A DNA stretch of 61,200 bases, taken from positions 1 through 61,200 of IMG/VR virus record IMGVR_UViG_3300023184_009672, one strand, 5' to 3'. Each line of letters begins with the position of its first letter. The first letter of the stretch is position 1. The DNA comes from a virus. Taxonomy: Duplodnaviria; Caudoviricetes. This document shows positions 50,518 to 58,744 of the stretch, in pieces. The translations under genes and the position numbers were made by a program. The notes under the pieces are model-generated. The model ran no database searches, was not told the DNA's origin, and saw nothing but the letters and a program-made list of their open reading frames with translations.

Positions 50518-52358
50518 TATATTGTCCAGATAAATATATAAAAAAAATAAAAGACGTTAATGCCGAACTTATGGAAATGAAAGGTTTTCTTAACGATAAA
50601 GAAGCAAAAATATCATTGGCAAAATTTTTAAGAGCAAATATTGGGTTTACTACAGAATTGATAAGTGGTGTTAAGTTGGCTCCATATCAAGAATTACATC
50701 TTAAAGCTTTTTTTAATCGTAATTTTAATATGTCTGTTTTTGGTCGTGGTTGTGGCAAGACTTTTACAGCTGCGGTTTTTTGTTTTCTTCAATGTGTATT
50801 TGAACCTAATACAAAAATTTTAATTGCTGGCCCTACGTTTAGAACTGCACGATTTATATTTAATAATTTAGAAAAAATAGTTAGTAGTCCAGGAGCAGAA
50901 TTATTAGCCCAATGCTTTGGCGCAAAATCTAAAAGAAATGATCAATTTGAATGGGAAATAAATGGAGGAAGTATTGTAGCAATTCCTTTAAACGGGGAAA
51001 AAATAAGAGGCTTTCGCGCAAATGTATTAGTTTTAGATGAATTTCTTTTACTTCCAGAAGAAATTATTAAAAACGTTCTTATGCCATTCTTAGTCGCACC
51101 ACAAAATATTAAAGAGCGCATGCAAATTAGAGAATTGGAAGATAAATTAATTGAAGAAGGATCCATGAAAGAGGAAGATAGAATGGTTTTTGCAAACGAC
51201 AGTAAAATGTTAGCTTTTTCTTCTGCGAGCTATACTTTTGAAAATTTATACAAAGTATATACTGAATGGTCTGAAAAAATAATAAATGATGAAAAAGGAG
51301 AAGCATCTTATTTTGTCAGTCAAATAAGTTACGATGCTTTACCAGAGGAAATGATTGACAAGACAATTATAGAAGAAGCCCAATCTGGAGGGGCAAGTCA
51401 TAGTAGTTTTTTGAGAGAATATTGCGCTAGATTTACTGATGGAAGTGATAGTTATTTTAATGCGAAAAAAATGGAAGAATGTACATTAAAGTATAATGAA
51501 AAACCTCATACTCTATTAAAAGGCGAGCCTGGAAAAAAGTATATTCTTGGCATTGATCCAAATATGAGTGATAGTCCTAATGCCGATTATTTTGCTATGG
51601 CAATCTTAGAAATAGACGAAGAAAAAAAACATGGTATATTAGTACATACTTATGCAGGACTTGGTAATTTGAAAAATCATGTGGCTTATCTTTCTTACAT
51701 TATGGATAATTTTAATATAGTTTTAATCATATTAGATAATGCTGGAGCAGATGTATTCACAGCTTCTTGCAATGAATCAGAATTATTCAAAAAACAAAAA
51801 TTAGAAATTAAAACTTTTGATCTTGATTCTGATTTAGAAGGATTAGATTACGAAATGATGATTAAAAATGCTAGAAAAAAATATAATTTAGAAGATAAAA
51901 GAATAGCTTTTAATCAAGTCTTTACAAGTACATTTATTCGTAAAGCTAACGAACATTTACAAGCATGTATTGATTATAAAAAAATATGGTTTGCTAGCAA
52001 AACAGCATCAAATGAAGAATTTTTTAACAACGCAGTTAATCGTGGAGCACCAATAGAATTAATAAAGAGCGAAAACAAGAAAGACTGGACAATATTAGAT
52101 TTTATAGAAGATCAAGACGATTTCATAAATCAAACGAAAAAACAATGTACTCTTGTGGAACATTCTTCTACTAGCAGAGGAAATCAAACTTTTGATTTAC
52201 CTCAACATTTAAAAAGAAGCACTTCTGCGAATAAAGCCAGAAAAGACAATTATTCAGCTTTAATGCTAGCTAATTGGGGGCTTAAGTGTTATTTAGATAT
52301 GATGAATATTCCTCAAGTAGAAGAGCAGTGCACTTTTTCCCCTATAATGATCAAATAA
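50514..52358 (+). CDS. terL: Terminase large subunit
   Basis: PYQ, GRGCGKT Walker A, VLDE Walker B, REY.ARF, LGIDP nuclease motif, KDNYSAL. Confidence 0.9.
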   Translation: MIYCPDKYIKKIKDVNAELMEMKGFLNDKEAKISLAKFLRANIGFTTELISGVKLAPYQELHLKAFFNRNFNMSVFGRGCGKTFTAAVFCFLQCVFEPNTKILIAGPTFRTARFIFNNLEKIVSSPGAELLAQCFGAKSKRNDQFEWEINGGSIVAIPLNGEKIRGFRANVLVLDEFLLLPEEIIKNVLMPFLVAPQNIKERMQIRELEDKLIEEGSMKEEDRMVFANDSKMLAFSSASYTFENLYKVYTEWSEKIINDEKGEASYFVSQISYDALPEEMIDKTIIEEAQSGGASHSSFLREYCARFTDGSDSYFNAKKMEECTLKYNEKPHTLLKGEPGKKYILGIDPNMSDSPNADYFAMAILEIDEEKKHGILVHTYAGLGNLKNHVAYLSYIMDNFNIVLIILDNAGADVFTASCNESELFKKQKLEIKTFDLDSDLEGLDYEMMIKNARKKYNLEDKRIAFNQVFTSTFIRKANEHLQACIDYKKIWFASKTASNEEFFNNAVNRGAPIELIKSENKKDWTILDFIEDQDDFINQTKKQCTLVEHSSTSRGNQTFDLPQHLKRSTSANKARKDNYSALMLANWGLKCYLDMMNIPQVEEQCTFSPIMIK

Positions 52359-52420
52359 ATTGGTTATTTTCCTTTATTTTAGTATTATACTTAATATAAG
52401 GTGTAATATTTTATATAAAA

Positions 52421-54322
52421 ATGGCTAAAAATTTAAAAAAATACCAAAAACAAGCTAAAAATAACCACAGCGAACCTATTATGGTTTCTTCAGCTTCTGT
52501 GTCAGAGGTAAGAGCTTCTACAGAAGGGTCTCCCACCAGAAGAAATCTTTCTTCTAACATCCAAAGAACAGACAAATACAAGAATATTGATGAAGGTTTG
52601 ATACCTTTTAGGTACTCTACTGGCATAAAGAATGCATCTAATATGAATATTAGAGATGCAGTTATTCTTTGCCAAAAAGCATATTATAATTTCTCTATTT
52701 TTAGAAACACAATAGATTTAATGACTGAATTTTCAAATAGTCATATTTATTTTACTGGAGGAAGTCAAAAGTCAAAAGATTTTTTTGAAGCGTTATTTAA
52801 AAAAATAAATTTAGCAGATTTTCAAGATCAATTTTTCAGAGAGTACTATAGAAGTGGAAATGTTTTTATATATAGATTTGATACTAAAGTAAAAGACGCT
52901 GATATAAATAAAATCACACAAACTTTTGGTTTAAAAACTTCAAAAGCTTCTGTGAGTCTCCCTTCCAGATATATCATATTAAATCCATCAGATATACAAA
53001 TGGCAGGAAGTATTAATTTTTCGCTAGGAAGATATTATAAAATTATTAGTGATTACGAGTTAGAAAGATTAAAAGCTCCAAAAACAGACGAGGATATTGA
53101 AGTTCTTAAAAGCCTACCACGAGAAACGCAAGATTTAATTAAAAATAAAACAGTTGGGATTTTAACTTTGCCTTTAGATCGAGAAAGACTCTGTGCAGTT
53201 TTCTACAAGAAACAAGACTACGAACCATTTGCTGTGCCTATGGGATTTCCAGTGCTAGATGATATTAATTGGAAAGCTGAAATGAAAAAAATGGATATGT
53301 CTATTACAAGAACAATGCAACAAGCTATTCTTTTGGTAACAATGGGCACAGAACCAGAAAAAGGCGGAGTTAATCAAAAAAACTTAGAAGCGATGCAAAA
53401 ACTTTTTGAAAATCAAAGCGTAGGAAGAGTACTTATTGCAGATTATACGACCAAAGCACAATTTGTTATCCCTGATATTGGAAATCTTATTGGGCCACAA
53501 AAATATGAAGTTGTAGATCGAGATATTCAAATTGGTTTAAATAATATTTTAATTGGAAATGAAAAATTTGCTAACACAAGCATTAAAGTACAAGTTTTCA
53601 TAGAAAGACTAAAACAAGCTAGAGAATCTTTTATTAATGAATTCTTAGTCCCAGAAATTAGAAGAATTAGTAAGGATCTTGGTTTTAAAAACTATCCAAA
53701 TCCTCATTTTGAAGATATTGATTTGAAAGACGATTCCCAATATACAAAAGTATACAACAGATTAATGGAATTAGGCATTTTAACTCCAGAAGAAGGTATT
53801 AGAGCGATAGAAACTGGAAGGTTGCCGACTCAAGAAGAGTCTGAAGTAGCTCAACAAAAATATAAAGAATTAAAAGATAAAGGCTATTATCAACCATTGA
53901 TTGGTGGAATGAAACAAGCAGAAGCTGGTAGACCAGATGGATCTAAAGCTCCACAAACCACGAAAAATGTTAAACCAATTGGACAAGGAGAGCAATCAAA
54001 AGCCGAAGAGAAGTATAGCTTTAATAAAGTCAAAGAAAATTTAATTCTTGCTCAAAAATTAGAAGAAGAAGTTTTAGCTTTTCTAAGAAAAAAACACAAT
54101 TTAAGAAAATTAAGCTCTAAACAAAAAGAAATAGGCGAACAAATTACTAAAATTATTATAGCCAACGAAATACCAGAAAATTGGAATTCAAAAATTCAAG
54201 ATTATATAAATTCTCCAATTGACAAAAACCACGAAATAGTTTCAAGTATTAATTCTGTATCTTATGAGCATCAAATAGATTCTTATTTAGCAAGTATTTT
54301 ATTTCATAGTAAGGTAAACTAA
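52421..54322 (+). CDS. Portal protein
   Basis: Directly after terL, 633 aa, RNTIDLMTEF...REYYRSGNVF, GRP near C-terminus. Confidence 0.75.
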   Translation: MAKNLKKYQKQAKNNHSEPIMVSSASVSEVRASTEGSPTRRNLSSNIQRTDKYKNIDEGLIPFRYSTGIKNASNMNIRDAVILCQKAYYNFSIFRNTIDLMTEFSNSHIYFTGGSQKSKDFFEALFKKINLADFQDQFFREYYRSGNVFIYRFDTKVKDADINKITQTFGLKTSKASVSLPSRYIILNPSDIQMAGSINFSLGRYYKIISDYELERLKAPKTDEDIEVLKSLPRETQDLIKNKTVGILTLPLDRERLCAVFYKKQDYEPFAVPMGFPVLDDINWKAEMKKMDMSITRTMQQAILLVTMGTEPEKGGVNQKNLEAMQKLFENQSVGRVLIADYTTKAQFVIPDIGNLIGPQKYEVVDRDIQIGLNNILIGNEKFANTSIKVQVFIERLKQARESFINEFLVPEIRRISKDLGFKNYPNPHFEDIDLKDDSQYTKVYNRLMELGILTPEEGIRAIETGRLPTQEESEVAQQKYKELKDKGYYQPLIGGMKQAEAGRPDGSKAPQTTKNVKPIGQGEQSKAEEKYSFNKVKENLILAQKLEEEVLAFLRKKHNLRKLSSKQKEIGEQITKIIIANEIPENWNSKIQDYINSPIDKNHEIVSSINSVSYEHQIDSYLASILFHSKVN

Positions 54323-54323
54323 T

Positions 54324-55538
54324 ATGCCAAGCTACATTAGAGTTAAGCAGCTAAATCAAGACGAATTAACACAATTTTTTACTGGAGCAATAAGTCAACA
54401 AGAAAGCTTGCTAAATACTATAGTTTTGTCTCAAGCTATGGGACTTACTGGGGACCAAGAAATTAGTGGAGTTAAAACTTTTTCTAATGATTTGGTAGTT
54501 GGAAACATTTATTCAACTGGAATTGCGTCGTTTGATATTGATGAAGATAGTAGTTTAGATATTTCTGGTAATTCGATTACATTTGATTCAATGGAAATTA
54601 CTGGCACACTTCAGTTTCATCCGACAAGTGGAATTAGAATTTATCATAATAATAAATCAAATCCTGCACCAATTTCAATAACAACAGGCAATAAAGTTTT
54701 TATCAACGGAAATAGCACTTTTGGAGTTTACAATGCTTATATAGGAGATTCGTACAACGTTATGAATCCCAATAATTTAAGAAATTCTTTTAGCGCACCT
54801 GGTTCCTATAACCTTTTGCCTAGTGGTTTACAAAATGATAATATATTAAATCTTTTTCTTGGGACGATAGGTGCAGATGCTGCTCTTTTTGACAAACATG
54901 CTACAAAAGTCCATTCTTATGTTATGGTTGATGAAAGGAAGATATTAGGCGAAACTTTTACTTCAAAAAATTATATACCAATAACTGGTGGAATTTACAA
55001 TGGAAAAGCTCTTAAAAAAATAAAATATGGAACAACAATAGGAAATGGATACACAAGAATTATTTTAAAAGGTTCTGGATTTTGGAGTGATATAAGTCAT
55101 TTTCCTCATGGTGATGGACACTACTCTCCAGCTATTATCAAGCCAAAAAGTCATCATTTAGAAACATTTTATGATATAACTGTTCCTAGTGGAGGAGGAA
55201 AACTAAGACCTTTAAAATTTGAATTGCCATCAAACAAATCAATTCAAGGTCAAGTTTTAAATCTAGCTTTTCATTTTGAAGCAGACAATAATCCTCAAGT
55301 TGTTAGTGGATTTTATGTTGGGTATAATGGGGGGAATCTGTCGATGCCTATATATACTGGAGAAATTTTCACTTTAACTGGGGCTAATTATTCATTTTCT
55401 CAAAAAGAAAGAATTGTTTGCATCAAACAAGGCAATCGCAAAGAATCTCTATCTAATAACCCTTATGATTCTACCAATCCAAGTTATATTTATAACGCAG
55501 GAGAGACTTCGCAAATTCTTTATTATGAAAGATGGTAA
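54324..55538 (+). CDS. Virion/tail-associated protein
   Basis: TGDQEISGVKTF fibre motif. Confidence 0.6.
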   Translation: MPSYIRVKQLNQDELTQFFTGAISQQESLLNTIVLSQAMGLTGDQEISGVKTFSNDLVVGNIYSTGIASFDIDEDSSLDISGNSITFDSMEITGTLQFHPTSGIRIYHNNKSNPAPISITTGNKVFINGNSTFGVYNAYIGDSYNVMNPNNLRNSFSAPGSYNLLPSGLQNDNILNLFLGTIGADAALFDKHATKVHSYVMVDERKILGETFTSKNYIPITGGIYNGKALKKIKYGTTIGNGYTRIILKGSGFWSDISHFPHGDGHYSPAIIKPKSHHLETFYDITVPSGGGKLRPLKFELPSNKSIQGQVLNLAFHFEADNNPQVVSGFYVGYNGGNLSMPIYTGEIFTLTGANYSFSQKERIVCIKQGNRKESLSNNPYDSTNPSYIYNAGETSQILYYERW

Positions 55539-55542
55539 AAAT

Positions 55543-55648
55543 AAGTGCTATAACGAGACTCTGCATCACATGCAGGGGCATGAGGACATGTGGCACACAC
55601 ATATTCATGAGGCCTTCTTATCACATGAGGGGTCTCGTTATCGCATTT
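55543..55648 (+). ncRNA. Candidate four-way-junction structured element with CAC loops
   Basis: ATAACGAGAC/GTCTCGTTAT stem enclosing three hairpins. Confidence 0.55.
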
Positions 55649-55661
55649 AAGGAGAACAAAA

Positions 55662-55859
55662 ATGAAAAATGAAAGAATAGAAGCAGATTATATAAAAGCT
55701 AAAAATTTAATATCAGAAATTGTAAGTTTGCCAGTAGTATATAATACTGGAGATCAGATAGTAAGTGGAGTTAAAGATTTTGCATCTCGTCCAACCATAA
55801 GTGGATCAGAAATCGCTCTTAATGGAGACGCAATTGCATACGCAATTGCTTTAGGATAA
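55662..55859 (+). CDS. Small protein with fibre motif
   Basis: VYNTGDQIVSGVKDF; AAGGAG RBS. Confidence 0.65.
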   Translation: MKNERIEADYIKAKNLISEIVSLPVVYNTGDQIVSGVKDFASRPTISGSEIALNGDAIAYAIALG

Positions 55860-55884
55860 AAATGGTGTAATTTAATACAAAATT

Positions 55885-56418
55885 ATGAAACAACCAGTAA
55901 ATAGCTACACATTCAATCCAACCTTAAAAACTCTTACTTTTAATAACTTAAATGTAAATTTAGATCAAATTCTTTTAATTGTAAATGTTAAATCAGGCAC
56001 AATTTATTATAATTTTGCTTCAGGACCAAGAATAAAAAGCCTTGCGTATAATGCTCCTTCAACAGTTTTAGTTTTAGCCGACTCAATAAGTACTACTACT
56101 GCTTCTTCTTCTGACCCAATGATCATATATTATGATGATCATGCAGATGGTGGAAGCATTGGTTCTTCTACAACTACTATATTTAATAATACATTTTCTG
56201 ATACTTTAGCTGATACAAATGCAAGTAGAAAACTTCTAACAATTTATAATGATGGTCCTGGAAATTTATATGTTCTCTATGGAGATGGTGCAGAAATCAA
56301 TAATTTCAGTATAAAACTTAGAATAGGAGATTATTTTGAAATAGAGAAGTATAAAGGACTAGTCACAGCTGTATTTGAAAATGTTGGTGGCGAAGCTTAT
56401 GTAACGGAGATTTCATAA
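55885..56418 (+). CDS. Virion structural protein
   Basis: YTFNP...ILLIVNV...IYYNFA; GTGTAA upstream. Confidence 0.6.
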   Translation: MKQPVNSYTFNPTLKTLTFNNLNVNLDQILLIVNVKSGTIYYNFASGPRIKSLAYNAPSTVLVLADSISTTTASSSDPMIIYYDDHADGGSIGSSTTTIFNNTFSDTLADTNASRKLLTIYNDGPGNLYVLYGDGAEINNFSIKLRIGDYFEIEKYKGLVTAVFENVGGEAYVTEIS

Positions 56419-57536
56419 TGGGCTTGTTTCGTTCTGATTTTATATTTACTGGAGATTTAAACGTTTCACTTAGAAACAATAAAACATTTGGAAGATATTC
56501 AAATGGAGACACTATTCCAGCAAGTGGAAAAACTACTCCAGAAGTTTTAAAATTAGCTTTGAGCGAGCCTATTCCCCCAACAGTTTCTTTAACATCTAAT
56601 TCTATTGTAGCATTTAATCAAACTTCTATCAATAATATATTATCAGCTTCAAATACGATAAATAGTTTAAATGCATCTGTCAAGTCTGGTTATATAGAAT
56701 ACAGAAGAGGTTCAAATGTAGATTGGAGCAAAATATTTCAAAATACAAATACAACTTTTGGTGAATCTCATACTTTTACTGATAGCCCTTTCAATGCAAA
56801 TCCATTTAATTATAGATATATAGTAGAAGATACAGCTGGAGGAATTGGTACTGGAATATTAACAATAACCCCAACTGCTTATGCTAGTCCTACACTTTCA
56901 AATGTTTCTATTGGTTCAGACACAGAGTTAGGAAATATCTCTACAACTTTAGGTTGTACAATAAACAGAAATTCTTCTAATGTAAATTTAACTAGTTATC
57001 AATTGCAATATCAGTCTGTTATAAATGGAGTCACTTCTGCTTGGACAAACATTGGTACATCTACTTCAATTTCTGGTCCATCCTCTGTTGTTAGTAGAGC
57101 TCATAATGATACAAGCTTAATAAATGCTTCAAGTATATCTTATAGAATTCAAATTGTGGACGCATATTCTCAAACTACAATAATAAATTTAGGCACAAGA
57201 TCATTATCTTATAAAAATTATTTTGGATATAGCGCTAATACAACTTTAACTTTGGCTCAAATTCAAGCTTTAACAAATTCTACTCTATCTAATTCAAAAA
57301 CTAGAACAATTTCTTCTGTGACGGCCCCTGATGGAAATTATACATATTATTGTTATCCAGCTTCAGAAGGAAATCTAACTTCTGTTCTATTAGATGGAGC
57401 TTCTCCAGTTCTAACATCTTTCACAAAGCTAACAAATGTTGCAGGTACCAACACTAATGGAGCGAGTGTAACTTACATAGTATATAAGTCAAATTCTACA
57501 AAAGCATTTACTAATATGACTTTGGCATTTAATTAA
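56418..57536 (+). CDS. Ser/Thr-rich Ig/FN3-like virion protein
   Basis: Beta-rich; C-terminal YTYYCYP...Y.VYKS domain. Confidence 0.6.
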   Translation: MGLFRSDFIFTGDLNVSLRNNKTFGRYSNGDTIPASGKTTPEVLKLALSEPIPPTVSLTSNSIVAFNQTSINNILSASNTINSLNASVKSGYIEYRRGSNVDWSKIFQNTNTTFGESHTFTDSPFNANPFNYRYIVEDTAGGIGTGILTITPTAYASPTLSNVSIGSDTELGNISTTLGCTINRNSSNVNLTSYQLQYQSVINGVTSAWTNIGTSTSISGPSSVVSRAHNDTSLINASSISYRIQIVDAYSQTTIINLGTRSLSYKNYFGYSANTTLTLAQIQALTNSTLSNSKTRTISSVTAPDGNYTYYCYPASEGNLTSVLLDGASPVLTSFTKLTNVAGTNTNGASVTYIVYKSNSTKAFTNMTLAFN

Positions 57537-57538
57537 TT

Positions 57539-58744
57539 ATGGCAATTTATAGACCAGATATTTACGAACACAACAATCCTAATAATGCGATTGCAGATGC
57601 AAGCTTTGTAAAAGGAGGATCAAGATCTGTTTCTACATTATCCGATTTATACGCCTTAGTTTCAACAAAATCTGATCAACTCAAAGAAAACGTAACAAGA
57701 GTTTATGTATCTACTGAAGATAAATTTTATTTATTAAAAAGTCTTGCAACTGCTTCTAGTTCTAACGGGTGGAAATTAGAAAATTATGTTTCTACAACTG
57801 GAGCTCAAACAGTAAGTGGAGCAAAAACTTTTACTAATTTGATTACAACAAATCAATTCAAAATGTATGATATAGATGCTTTTGATGTGTCTGGAGTTAA
57901 TATTAATATTAATGATGGTCAAGTAAATTTTAAAAATCGTCCTTATGTTAATGGAAGTGGGGTGCGCTTACTTGGAGAAGGAACAGATGGAACGGTCAAT
58001 AACGCAGGAACAACTGCTTTTGATGGAAATAGAAGTATTAAAAGATCAACTTTTCCTTACAATTTAAATGTTGGTGGAACAAATGTTGTAGACTTTTTAG
58101 AAAATGCATTTTTTCCTCCTGTGCCAGCTGAAATTTCTTTAAATAGTTATACTCTTAAAGATTCTAATTATGGTTATACAGTCCAAATTGTTGGAAATAT
58201 AATACAAAATAATGAAACATTTACACTAGGAGCATTAACAGCAAAAAAAGCTGGCACAAATGAAGAAGTATTATTTATATCTAGTCCAAATTATGGTGAT
58301 TTCAATTATACATCAACAACGACTATAAGCTCTGATACTACTATAGATGTTAGTGCGATTTTTAATAATGGGGTCACAACAAAAACTATTTCTATTAGCA
58401 AAGATATAAATTTTGAATATCCATTTTATTATGCTACAGGAGATAGCAATTCATCTTTCAATAATATTCTTTATGTAGACGCAAATCCAGCTTCAAGTTT
58501 AAGACCTGGAGTAATTAAAAAATTAGAAGAAAAATCAGATAAAACAATAACTTTTACTCCAACTGGTAATTTTATGTATGCTTTATTTCCTAGTAGTTGG
58601 GGAAACGCAACAAGTATTAAAGACCAAAATGGATTAGAAAATATAGGAGGATGGACAAGAGCGCAATCATATCCATACGATGTATGGAAATCTAATAATA
58701 CTTCAAGTGTATCTAATTTTAGTTTAACCTTTAAATTTATATGA
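57539..58744 (+). CDS. Virion/tail fibre-associated protein
   Basis: TGAQTVSGAKTF; C-terminal FMYALFP..WG..SIKDQNG. Confidence 0.6.
   Translation: MAIYRPDIYEHNNPNNAIADASFVKGGSRSVSTLSDLYALVSTKSDQLKENVTRVYVSTEDKFYLLKSLATASSSNGWKLENYVSTTGAQTVSGAKTFTNLITTNQFKMYDIDAFDVSGVNININDGQVNFKNRPYVNGSGVRLLGEGTDGTVNNAGTTAFDGNRSIKRSTFPYNLNVGGTNVVDFLENAFFPPVPAEISLNSYTLKDSNYGYTVQIVGNIIQNNETFTLGALTAKKAGTNEEVLFISSPNYGDFNYTSTTTISSDTTIDVSAIFNNGVTTKTISISKDINFEYPFYYATGDSNSSFNNILYVDANPASSLRPGVIKKLEEKSDKTITFTPTGNFMYALFPSSWGNATSIKDQNGLENIGGWTRAQSYPYDVWKSNNTSSVSNFSLTFKFI

Noticed and set aside
55414-55650. His-rich 78-aa ORF
   Set aside because: Overlaps the 54324 gene out of frame; His content is a by-product of CAC/CATG hairpin repeats
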